Part shown: piece after piece, positions 17,654 through 25,725 of the stretch
How the letters are laid out: each line of letters opens with the position of its first letter
Numbering within the stretch: the first letter of the stretch is position 1
Assembly: GCA_964594005.1 (NCBI GenBank)
Contig: CAZQKP010000002.1
Location: 1-33,274, forward strand
Origin: an uncultured Candidatus Saccharibacteria bacterium
Lineage (GTDB): Bacteria > Patescibacteriota > Minisyncoccia > Phycocordibacterales > DATDWN01
DNA: 33,274 nt
Direction: 5' to 3'
Program-made: the position numbers and the translations under genes
Notes under the pieces: generated by a model
The model's input: the letters and a program-made list of their open reading frames with translations, nothing else
Told to the model about the DNA's origin: nothing
The model's database searches: none

Positions 17654-18652
17654 CTAGATGTGCTTCAAGAATTGCTGCGAGTGAGTCATGGGATTTTGAT
17701 ATTTTTCTAAATCAGCCTCTACCATCATTTTAACTAAATCTTTAAATTTAGTTTTCGGTTTCCAGCCTAAGTTTTTCATGGCCTTACTTGGATCACCCAA
17801 GAGATAATTTACATCTACCGGCCGATAAAACTCTTTACTACTTTTGACATATTTCTGGTAATCTAATCCCGCCAGCGTAAAGGCCTCCTCGCAAAATTCT
17901 CTTATTGAATGACTCTCGCCTGTCGCGATTACATAATCATCTGCTTTATCTTGTTGGAGCATGAGCCACATAGCTTCCACATAGTCCCCGGCAAAACCCC
18001 AATCGCGCTTGGCATCAAGGTTCCCTAAAATCAATTCTTTATTAAAACCCATCTTTATTCTGGCTAAACCATCTGTGATTTTTTTGGTAACAAAATCAAT
18101 CCCCCTAATCGGCGACTCGTGGTTAAAGAGAATTCCAGAGCAAGCATATAAACCATAACCTTCTCTATAATTTTTTACTACCCAGTGTGCATAAAGTTTG
18201 GCCGCAGCATAAGGACTTGCTGGCTCAAAAGGTGTATTTTCACTCTGGGGTTGAGGAGCATTACCATACATCTCCGAGGTGGAAGCCTGGTAAAATTTTA
18301 TTTTTGGGTTAGTTAATCTGATTGAATCAAGTATACGAGTAACTCCTAGCCCTGAAATTTCTCCAGTCGCAATCGCTTGGTCAAACGAAGCCCCCACAAA
18401 ACTTTGCGCTGCTAAATTGTATATTTCATCTGGATCCGATTCCTTAATTGCATTAATAATAGAAGTTTGATCCAGTAAATCCAGAGGTATTAAGGTTATA
18501 TCCTTTTTTACATCAAGATAATGTAGACGCCAAAAATTACGAGTACTAGAGCGTCTATAGCCTCCGTACACCTTATAACCCTTATTCGCTAGGAATTTAG
18601 CCAAATAAGCCCCGTCTTGGCCTGTTATACCTGTTATTAGTGCTCTTTTCAT
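17654..18652 (-). CDS. gmd: GDP-mannose 4,6-dehydratase
   Basis: Motifs MKRALITGITGQDGAYLAKFL, YAAAKLYAHW (YxxxK) and ILFNHESPIRG. The ATG overlaps the upstream TGA (ATGA). Confidence 0.95.
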   Translation of the reverse strand: MKRALITGITGQDGAYLAKFLANKGYKVYGGYRRSSTRNFWRLHYLDVKKDITLIPLDLLDQTSIINAIKESDPDEIYNLAAQSFVGASFDQAIATGEISGLGVTRILDSIRLTNPKIKFYQASTSEMYGNAPQPQSENTPFEPASPYAAAKLYAHWVVKNYREGYGLYACSGILFNHESPIRGIDFVTKKITDGLARIKMGFNKELILGNLDAKRDWGFAGDYVEAMWLMLQQDKADDYVIATGESHSIREFCEEAFTLAGLDYQKYVKSSKEFYRPVDVNYLLGDPSKAMKNLGWKPKTKFKDLVKMMVEADLEKYQNPMTHSQQFLKHI

Positions 18653-19929
18653 GACCTTTTATAATTCGATAATACCTCCTTAAACCAGCCTAGTTTTATT
18701 TTTGCTGTTAAATTTATATCACACTTTTCTGCTAATTTCTTGCTTTCTTCACCCATCGCTCCTCTCTCCTGCATACTCTTCTTGTAAATTTTAGTAAAAG
18801 CTTCTGCGGCAGAATTTATATCATCTGTTTTTGCTACATAACCATTTCTGTCTTCTATAACGGCCGTAGGCAGGGCTCCGTTGTCATAAACCACAATCGG
18901 CATAGCATTGGCCATCGCTTCCAGTAAGGCGAGATCTAAGCCACAACTCCTTGGACTATTGGATAAATTACAATAAGCGTCATTAGATCTGTGAAATTTC
19001 ATTAGATCAGTTTCAGAAAGTCGGCTAAAGAAAAAAATCCTATCTTCTACCCCTTCTTCTTTAGCGAGTTCTTGCCATTTAGATTTATCACCCGAGCCAC
19101 CACAAATCGCTGCACCAGCGTCTAAACCATTTCTTTTCATTATTGCGATCGCTTTAATTAGATGATCATGGCCTTTTCTAAACTCGAATGCTCCCACCGC
19201 CCCAACTACAAAAGTGGTTCTTGGAATTTTAAAATAATCCCGCAATTCGTCTTTAGTTTCTTTTATTTCCATTCTAGCCAGAGTAAAATCACAAGTATCA
19301 TAAAATTCTTTCACTTTATTATTTGGCAAATATTTTCTAGCTCCATCAGTGCAGTTACTTATGCCTAAGACCAGTTGAGCTCTTTCTAAAAAATTAACCC
19401 AGTATTTTCTTTGCTGACCGACATCCATGTGCTTATTTACACCCATATTCTGATCTCTAATTTCTGCGTATGAATCTATCACCACTGGAATGTTCCTCCT
19501 GTTCGCAATTTCTAAAACCATGTGAGTCTTAATAAGAGCAGTTTGAGAAAGAATAATATCAGGTTTAAATTCGGCAATTACATCGTTCATAAAAACACCG
19601 TAAGCTGAATAAAGTATAGTCTCAGTTTGTAATTTAGGATAAATCTTTAAATAACTAGATAAAAGAGAAAAATAAAGAAATGGATTTTTTAAAAAGTATT
19701 TTAATAAAAAAAGAGCTTTCTTAAATTTATTGGGTTTACTGCCATACTCAAAAAAATACTGACAATTAGCTTGAAAATCATCTGCATTTTCTGGCCGCCA
19801 CACAAAACTTATCGCCACTTGATTACCCATATTTCGCCACGTTCTGCCATATAAAAGAGAGACTTTTGGAATACCTCCGTATGGAGGCGGCATAGAATCA
19901 CCTGTAGTACCCGTAATTAGGATTTTCAT
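18649..19929 (-). CDS. GT4 (GT-B fold) glycosyltransferase
   Basis: 426 aa with motif GLDLALLEAMANAMPIVVYDNGALP...NGYV. It ends in a TGA that overlaps the gmd ATG. Confidence 0.85.
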   Translation of the reverse strand: MKILITGTTGDSMPPPYGGIPKVSLLYGRTWRNMGNQVAISFVWRPENADDFQANCQYFFEYGSKPNKFKKALFLLKYFLKNPFLYFSLLSSYLKIYPKLQTETILYSAYGVFMNDVIAEFKPDIILSQTALIKTHMVLEIANRRNIPVVIDSYAEIRDQNMGVNKHMDVGQQRKYWVNFLERAQLVLGISNCTDGARKYLPNNKVKEFYDTCDFTLARMEIKETKDELRDYFKIPRTTFVVGAVGAFEFRKGHDHLIKAIAIMKRNGLDAGAAICGGSGDKSKWQELAKEEGVEDRIFFFSRLSETDLMKFHRSNDAYCNLSNSPRSCGLDLALLEAMANAMPIVVYDNGALPTAVIEDRNGYVAKTDDINSAAEAFTKIYKKSMQERGAMGEESKKLAEKCDINLTAKIKLGWFKEVLSNYKRS

Positions 19930-21050
19930 TATTTAAAATTTTTAACCACTTCTTTTGTGGTTTTAATCACAAATTCAATTTCTTTTTTAGAAATATTTGG
20001 ACCACTTGGAATATAGAAACTATTTTCAGAAATTTTATTTGCAACCGGGCATTCATTTACCTTAGCCAAACCTTTAGCTAAAATTATTTTTTGGCGGTTC
20101 ATCGGTACAAAACCTTCTCGATTATCTACCCCTGCTTCTTTTAATTTAGCTAAAAAATCTTTTTTTCTGCCTGCCAGTCTACCAGTTAAAACAATATGGA
20201 ACATCCAATAAACATTTCTGGCATATTTTTTTTCTATGGGTAGCTGAAATTCTTTTACATCCTTAAATCCTTTCAAATAAGATGCAGCCAAATCTCTTTT
20301 AATCTTAATTATTTTATTTATTTTTTTTAATTGAGATAAACCAAGAGCGGCTAAGACATTACTCATTCTAAAGTTATAGCCAAAATAATCATGCATATAT
20401 CTATCAGTTTTCCCGAAAGCTAAAGAGCGCATGGCAAAAGCCTTATCAAAATAATCTTTATTATTAAAAACGAGCATCCCCCCTTCGCCGGTTGTTATAA
20501 ATTTATTTGCCAAAAAAGAAAAACAGCCGGCATCGCCAAATGAGCCTACTGATTTACCTTTATAAGTTGCACCTAGTGCCTCTGCTGCATCTTCTACAAC
20601 CAGAAGATTATGCTTCTTGGCTATTTTCATAATTGGATCCATATCCGCGGGATGACCATAGATATGTACTACAACAATTGCTTTGGTTTTGGAATTAACT
20701 TTCTTTTCCATTAGTCTAGGATCCATATTCCAGGTATCTTTTTCAATATCAATAAAAATTGGTTTTGCTCCCAAATAAATTATAGGCAGTACACTTGAAA
20801 TATTTGTGTAAGTTGAAACCAAAACCTCGTCACCCGGGCCAATACCTAAGGTAGCCATGGCCAAATGCAACGCAGTGTAACAACTTGTAGTGGCGAGCGC
20901 ATATTTTGCCCCACAAAATTTAGCAAAGTCATTTTGAAAAGAATTTAATTCCTCGCCAAAAAGTCCTGAGATATCACCTTTTTTTACAGCATTATAGACC
21001 GCCTTGGCATCTGATTCGTCTAATAAAGGTTTGGAGACTTGGACAAACAT
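19929..21050 (-). CDS. DegT/DnrJ/EryC1/StrS-family PLP sugar aminotransferase (GDP-perosamine-synthase-like by context)
   Basis: Motifs EDAAEALGA and FLANKFITTGEGGML (PLP lysine). It lies two genes upstream of gmd in the same operon. Confidence 0.9.
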   Translation of the reverse strand: MFVQVSKPLLDESDAKAVYNAVKKGDISGLFGEELNSFQNDFAKFCGAKYALATTSCYTALHLAMATLGIGPGDEVLVSTYTNISSVLPIIYLGAKPIFIDIEKDTWNMDPRLMEKKVNSKTKAIVVVHIYGHPADMDPIMKIAKKHNLLVVEDAAEALGATYKGKSVGSFGDAGCFSFLANKFITTGEGGMLVFNNKDYFDKAFAMRSLAFGKTDRYMHDYFGYNFRMSNVLAALGLSQLKKINKIIKIKRDLAASYLKGFKDVKEFQLPIEKKYARNVYWMFHIVLTGRLAGRKKDFLAKLKEAGVDNREGFVPMNRQKIILAKGLAKVNECPVANKISENSFYIPSGPNISKKEIEFVIKTTKEVVKNFK

Positions 21051-21086
21051 ACGGCCATGTTAGCAGAGAAACTCTCGTATGAAAAG

Positions 21087-21881
21087 TTATTTAATCTTAA
21101 GCAAAAAACCTTTTATTCCACCAAAATCATAGAGTTCTTCGCTATATAAATCCTGCCAATAAGACTGAAATCTTTTTTTGGTACGTAAATATCCACTGAA
21201 AATAATCTTGGTATTAGAAGTTTGCCATTTAAATTCTCGCCACTTGCGATTAAACACCGAAAGAATAGTCAGAAAAGAAGATGGAATAAAAATAATCTTA
21301 TTTACTCTCGCTTGATGCATTTTTTTAAATATGTCTCGCCATTTCTCGTCCGAAAAACTTGCATCAACTCTGTACATAAGGCAAGCAGATGAATCACCTA
21401 TGTATTTTTGGTTTATATCTCTCCAATTACCGTCGACAATATCAAACTCAATAATCTCATCTGCTTCGGCAAAGACTGATTTCAAGAGTTCTACATTGGT
21501 CGGCGCATATTCAGAACAAACAATTTTAAGGCTGGGGTTAATTTTTTTTATTTGATACTCCAGACCTGCCCCCCCTACCCCCACTGAGAAAATTTTATTT
21601 ATTTTTTCCTTGACGAGTAGACTATTTACATCTCTAGCCCTTTTTATAAGTCCAGAATCTTGTCCATCTTTTTTTATTTCTGCGTCAGCTGCTTTAATCC
21701 ACTCTTTCCTGTTTTTGGAAATTGAAAATTGGGGATGAGTTGTACGTAAGGCATCCCAAGACTCGGCAGAATTTAATTCATTGTCCTTAAATAGAGAAGC
21801 AGAGTAACCGAAAGTTTGGTAATGCTTTATGGTCAAAGAGGCTGGAATAGAATTAATGTATTTTAAAAATTTGTTTATCAT
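21087..21881 (-). CDS. Hypothetical protein with a Rossmann/SAM-methyltransferase-like glycine motif
   Basis: IFSVGVGGAGLEY is followed by IVCSEY and FDIVDG, in the usual order of class I methyltransferase motifs I-III. The evidence is weak. Confidence 0.35.
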   Translation of the reverse strand: MINKFLKYINSIPASLTIKHYQTFGYSASLFKDNELNSAESWDALRTTHPQFSISKNRKEWIKAADAEIKKDGQDSGLIKRARDVNSLLVKEKINKIFSVGVGGAGLEYQIKKINPSLKIVCSEYAPTNVELLKSVFAEADEIIEFDIVDGNWRDINQKYIGDSSACLMYRVDASFSDEKWRDIFKKMHQARVNKIIFIPSSFLTILSVFNRKWREFKWQTSNTKIIFSGYLRTKKRFQSYWQDLYSEELYDFGGIKGFLLKIK

Positions 21882-21887
21882 TATTGC

Positions 21888-22217
21888 TTAAAATCTGGGC
21901 AGAATCTCAACTACATCACCTACTTGCCAATTTGCAACTGGTTTTAAAAGTTCTACTACTTCAATATGTTTCGGATGTTTTTTAAAATCTTCAAATGACT
22001 TCTGATCTTTGAAAATAGCAATCTCGACCAGGTGAACACCTTTTCTTAAATCCATATTTGGTTGTACAGACCAAAAAAGTATGCCGGCGTTTTTCCCTCC
22101 ACAGTCATCCCCCAGAGTTGCGTATCGAGCTGCAATCTCTTGTTTTATTTCTTCACTCGCTTCGGGCAGAAAAGAAATGAAAATTACATGGTGTAGATAT
22201 GATTCCTTTATTTCCAT
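21888..22217 (-). CDS. Dabb (stress-responsive alpha/beta barrel) domain protein
   Basis: 109 aa. The protein has HHVIFISF near its N-terminus and ...FEDFKKHPKHIEVVELL later, typical of Dabb-family proteins. Confidence 0.7.
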   Translation of the reverse strand: MEIKESYLHHVIFISFLPEASEEIKQEIAARYATLGDDCGGKNAGILFWSVQPNMDLRKGVHLVEIAIFKDQKSFEDFKKHPKHIEVVELLKPVANWQVGDVVEILPRF

Positions 22218-22224
22218 GAGTCAC

Positions 22225-22253
22225 AATATACCTTAAAATTTTCAATTTGACAA
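22225..22253 (-). promoter_or_regulatory. Sigma-70-like promoter TTGTCA-17-TATATT, 7 nt upstream of the Dabb ATG (leaderless geometry)
   Basis: The minus strand reads TTGTCAaattgaaaattttaaggTATATTgtgactcATG. Confidence 0.45.
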
Positions 22254-22274
22254 GTAGGGATAATGTGTTAGCAT
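22247..22274 (+). promoter_or_regulatory. Candidate divergent promoter TTGACA-16-TAGCAT for the HD-domain gene
   Basis: TTGACA at 22247-22252 shares its bases with the minus-strand TTGTCA. TAGCAT is at 22269-22274. The SD GGAGGTG at 22304-22310 precedes ATG 22313. Confidence 0.35.
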
Positions 22275-22312
22275 TGAGACAGAAATCGGCCGCATTGGCC
22301 ATTGGAGGTGCG

Positions 22313-23020
22313 ATGGAGATTGACAGAAGCCGGATCCTCCTTACATTCGGGAGGCTCCGACAAGAAAACTGGGCATTCTATGAGGAGGTCAAGCGCCTCC
22401 ACACACAGAGCCCATCGAAGCGTCAGAGAGGCCATGGCATGGAACATAACGTGCACGTGGCCCTGCACGCTCTCGACATCATGCAGAGCGATTACGCTGG
22501 GCAGGAGCGTTTGGAGAAGCTGGTTTTCCTGGCAGCTATCGCCCACTCCCTCGATCGCCTGTTCGAGAGGGGCGCCGACAACAGCTTCGCGAACCTCGTA
22601 CACAATTGCCTCGAGCTGACCGACCTCAATGAGAGCGACAAGTCTGTCGTACTCGAATCAGTCCTCGATCATGAAAAGAAAAACGACGAGGGACGAATCG
22701 ACACGCGGGTCACAGTGATCCTCAAGGATGCCGACCGCGTTGCCAACATGGGTGCGGCTCTGGCGATCCGGAGCGGGCAATTCAGACCGGATATCCCGCC
22801 GTACGAGATGGCGCACCTGCGGACATCGAACCCTGCGTCGACCTACCGGGATCCCTCGTCGGTTTTCGAGGACTTGCGTGGCTGCTTCGAGTGGATCGAT
22901 TGGATGCGAACCGAGCGTGGTTACGCACTCATCGTCCAGAAAGCTGCGAACCTCCGCAAATACCTCGAGACGGTCGCCGACGAATTCGAGTTCATCGGCA
23001 TGATCCGTGTCGAGATCTGA
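22313..23020 (+). CDS. HD-domain phosphohydrolase (YedJ/YpgQ-like pattern), high-GC foreign gene
   Basis: GHGMEHNVHVA, LAAIAHSLDR and ILKDADRVANMGAALAIRSG occur in the usual order of HD-superfamily motifs, but HS replaces the canonical HD. Third codon positions are almost all G/C in this frame. ATG 22313 lies 2 nt after GGAGGTG. The tracked start at 22247 is the TTG of a -35 box. Confidence 0.6.
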   Translation: MEIDRSRILLTFGRLRQENWAFYEEVKRLHTQSPSKRQRGHGMEHNVHVALHALDIMQSDYAGQERLEKLVFLAAIAHSLDRLFERGADNSFANLVHNCLELTDLNESDKSVVLESVLDHEKKNDEGRIDTRVTVILKDADRVANMGAALAIRSGQFRPDIPPYEMAHLRTSNPASTYRDPSSVFEDLRGCFEWIDWMRTERGYALIVQKAANLRKYLETVADEFEFIGMIRVEI

Positions 23021-23027
23021 CACAGCT

Positions 23028-23068
23028 GGCCTGCACCCTACGGGGTGCAGGCCGGTTTCTATTTTCTT
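23028..23068 (+). terminator. Intrinsic terminator of the HD gene
   Basis: Perfect 11-bp stem GGCCTGCACCC / GGGTGCAGGCC with a TACG loop, followed by GGTTTCTATTTTCTT. Confidence 0.85.
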
Positions 23069-23106
23069 GCAGATTTAGCGTACTTTGATAAATTAGGATT
23101 ATTAAA

Positions 23107-23784
23107 ATGAAAAGGCTCTCCATAATTATCCCCGCCAAAAATGAGGCGAAAACAATTGGTGAAATAATAAGAAAAGTAAAAGAAATTAATTTACCTCTTT
23201 GGGAAAAAGAGATAATTGTAATTGATAATAATTCCGCTGATGGAACAGAAAACATCTCGCGGTCATTGGGGGTTACAACTCTGAAAGAAATGGGACCTGG
23301 TAAAGGTTCAGCAGTAAAAAAGGGGCTCGCGAACGCAACAGGCGACTTTATTCTTATTCAAGATGCGGACCTGGAATATAATCCGGAGGACATCCCCCTA
23401 CTTTTAGATAAAGCTAAAGATAAAACTGCTGTGTTTGGTTCTCGAAATTTAAAATCGCACCGTAAGGGCACATGGTTAGCTCGAGCCGGAGTTTGGTTTT
23501 TAACTAAAGAATTCAATTTGCTGTTCAGAACAAAACTAACTGATTTGTGGACATGCTACAAACTCTTCCCCAAAGAAGCGGCAAATTTATTTGCAGCTGG
23601 CGGCTTTGAATCGGAATTAACTTTTTCAGCCAACCTCATAAAAAATAAATTTATGATTGAAGAAGTATCAATTTCTTACAATAACCCCAGGACCGAAGCG
23701 GAAGGCAAAAAAATTCATTATATGGACGGAATACGAGGGATTTTTGTTTTACTGAAAGATAGATTTATAAACCCAAAAATTTAA
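23107..23784 (+). CDS. GT2 glycosyltransferase (DPM1-like, soluble type)
   Basis: Motifs IIIPAKNEAKTI, IDNNSADGT, GKGSAVKKG and IQDADLEYNP. Low-GC host composition. Confidence 0.88.
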   Translation: MKRLSIIIPAKNEAKTIGEIIRKVKEINLPLWEKEIIVIDNNSADGTENISRSLGVTTLKEMGPGKGSAVKKGLANATGDFILIQDADLEYNPEDIPLLLDKAKDKTAVFGSRNLKSHRKGTWLARAGVWFLTKEFNLLFRTKLTDLWTCYKLFPKEAANLFAAGGFESELTFSANLIKNKFMIEEVSISYNNPRTEAEGKKIHYMDGIRGIFVLLKDRFINPKI

Positions 23785-24880
23785 TTATTGGATTTATATT
23801 TATAAAATTTAGAATAAAAGCATCCATTAAAAAATTCGTGATTATATAAAGAAATAACACAGGTAATATATAAAGCATTCTTTTCTCAATTCTTTCAATA
23901 AATAAACAAGTCACCAACACGGCGGCTGGCATAGAAATAAATAAGACTCTCGTAACAACAGGCCAAAGTAAAATTGCAAAAGAAGAAGTAATTACTAGCC
24001 AAATAAAAAATACCCTTTTTTCTCTAAAGACCTCCCTGTATCTTTTAAGCAGCAAGTAAAATCCAGGCAAAAATAAAAACCAAGCAAAATTATAAATTGA
24101 GCCAAATGATTTTATGAACTCAACTACCCTATCTTGATATGCATAGACTTTTTGATAAGTAAACCAATTCCAGTAAGTATAGTGATCGTAATTAATAAAA
24201 GTATAAACATTCATTAGAGCAAAAGGTAAAAATGAAATTAAACCAGAAACAAAAACCTGCTTAATTACGTCTCTCCATTTGCGCCAATGTTTAAATAAAA
24301 TTACACCAAATAAAACCACATAAGCTACAAATGCATACTCTTTATACAGTCCACCTAATCCAATTGCTAAAGATGCAAAATACAACCATTTATTTTCTGC
24401 CTCTTCTAAATAACGATAGGTAAAATAAATAGATGCTAGATAGAATGCCCAGCCCCCCATATCCATTAGATAACCTAGGCCGAAGACAATAATCGCATAG
24501 TTGGTCATCAAAAATAAGGAGCCTAAAAAAGCTATGTTTTCTTCTTTAAAAATTTTTTTTAATAAAGAATGGAAAAACAAACCAGCAGATACATATAAAA
24601 TAACATCAACAATTAGCCACGAGATCGCAAGATCGTGAAAAAATATATCAAAAAGCATAATCGCCTTTAAACCAAGAGGTGTTGTCAAAATCATCTCCGG
24701 CATAAAACCCGCAGGCCTAATTCCGGTTCTTATAACATTTATACTGTCCACATAAAGTAAACTATCCCCCGCAATTTTTGGCTTTAAAGCTAATGGCGAG
24801 AAGATGGCCAGAAAAATCAAAATAAAAAATAACAAGGCGAAATAGTGATCTTGTTTAAATTTTAAAATTATTTTTTTCAT
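23765..24880 (-). CDS. Multi-pass membrane protein, possible small GT-C-type transferase
   Basis: 371 aa with about 10 hydrophobic segments. The acidic segment AGDSLLYVDS follows TM1. Its start is ATGA-coupled to the upstream methyltransferase gene. Confidence 0.4.
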   Translation of the reverse strand: MKKIILKFKQDHYFALLFFILIFLAIFSPLALKPKIAGDSLLYVDSINVIRTGIRPAGFMPEMILTTPLGLKAIMLFDIFFHDLAISWLIVDVILYVSAGLFFHSLLKKIFKEENIAFLGSLFLMTNYAIIVFGLGYLMDMGGWAFYLASIYFTYRYLEEAENKWLYFASLAIGLGGLYKEYAFVAYVVLFGVILFKHWRKWRDVIKQVFVSGLISFLPFALMNVYTFINYDHYTYWNWFTYQKVYAYQDRVVEFIKSFGSIYNFAWFLFLPGFYLLLKRYREVFREKRVFFIWLVITSSFAILLWPVVTRVLFISMPAAVLVTCLFIERIEKRMLYILPVLFLYIITNFLMDAFILNFININPIIKFLGL

Positions 24881-25725
24881 TTCTTTCTACCTAAGATATA
24901 AAGGTGAGCCGCTACCGCTTCAGCCCCTGGCATTTTCATAAAAAAATAATCTGGATATTTTAAAGGACCCAGAACTAACATAAAAACATGAGCTAAAAAT
25001 GGCGCGGCTTTTCTTGAACCAAAAGAAAAAATTACACCTAGCCAATAAGCCAAAAACATTAAGAAAGCACTCCATGGACCTGATCTAACTCCAGATTCAA
25101 CTATTTCTAATTCCGGAAACATGTACTTTAGACCAGAAATTGTCCAACGATTAAAATCATCCGGCGAAGCGTGATAAGGATGAATAAATGGCGCACTCAC
25201 ATAAATATAACCACCTGGCTTAACTATACGAACCATTTCCTTGGCAACTTTGTGCGCATCCGGCACATGCTCAAAAACTGATTCTGAAACTGCGCCATCT
25301 ACTGAATTGTCGGGGAATGGTAGCTCCTCTGCATTTGCCACAATATCTACTTCCGGGAAGGGATAGACATCTATATTTGTAAATTCTTTGCCTAATCTTT
25401 CTGGACCAGAACCAATATCTAAGATCGTGGCATCAGGCTTTACATTTTTTAAAATCATTCTCGGGCCATTTACTAACATCATCACTGGGCAAAAGACATG
25501 CCAGACTCCGTAATAAACTTTTGGCCATCTTTTTAAGAAAGACTTTAGCCAATTAACTCCTGACTCGTGTTGGTTAGAATTCTTAATATAAATTTTTTGT
25601 TCAATTAGAATTGGCCTTCCATCCACATCAATATCAAAATCACCATGAGTTGCACAGGTATATTTATCTGTTTTTTTTAGTTTACCTTTGCAAATAGGAC
25701 AAACTAGAGTTAGATTCGAGCTCAT
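24877..25725 (-). CDS. SAM-dependent methyltransferase with an N-terminal Trm112-like zinc ribbon and a C-terminal hydrophobic anchor
   Basis: Motifs CPICKGKL...CATHG, ILDIGSGPERLG and AVSESVFEHV. The C-terminal hydrophobic region is WSAFLMFLAYWLGVIFSF...FLAHVFMLVLGPL. The likely start is ATG 25725, overlapping the upstream TGA (ATGA); the tracked ORF extends to 25749. Confidence 0.85.
   Translation of the reverse strand: MSSNLTLVCPICKGKLKKTDKYTCATHGDFDIDVDGRPILIEQKIYIKNSNQHESGVNWLKSFLKRWPKVYYGVWHVFCPVMMLVNGPRMILKNVKPDATILDIGSGPERLGKEFTNIDVYPFPEVDIVANAEELPFPDNSVDGAVSESVFEHVPDAHKVAKEMVRIVKPGGYIYVSAPFIHPYHASPDDFNRWTISGLKYMFPELEIVESGVRSGPWSAFLMFLAYWLGVIFSFGSRKAAPFLAHVFMLVLGPLKYPDYFFMKMPGAEAVAAHLYILGRKK

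Noticed and set aside
22247-22312. N-terminal extension of the HD ORF to the TTG at 22247
   Set aside because: That TTG is the first triplet of a TTGACA -35 box in AT-rich host DNA. The GGAGGTG SD at 22304-22310 and the composition switch both point to ATG 22313.
23028-23068. The cassette-terminal hairpins as integron attC sites
   Set aside because: There are no R/L core sites (GTTRRRY / RYYYAAC), no extrahelical-base asymmetry and no intI gene. Hairpin plus T-tract is fully explained as an intrinsic terminator.
22268-23088. Five additional ORFs of 65-121 aa stacked on both strands over island 1 (22268-22603 -, 22302-22619 +, 22658-23023 -, 22728-23003 +, 22891-23088 +)
   Set aside because: They are typical stop-codon-poor artefacts of high-GC DNA. 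Their translations are Arg/Ser/Pro/Ala-rich and low in complexity. Only the 22313-23020 frame shows G/C-dominated third positions, recognisable domain motifs and an SD.
23085-23093. Shared 9-mer TTGATAAAT next to both islands (23085-23093 and 27450-27458) as an att-like repeat
   Set aside because: It lies on the 3' side of island 1 but the 5' side of island 2, so it does not flank either island as a direct repeat. It looks like an AT-rich promoter-type motif and could be chance.
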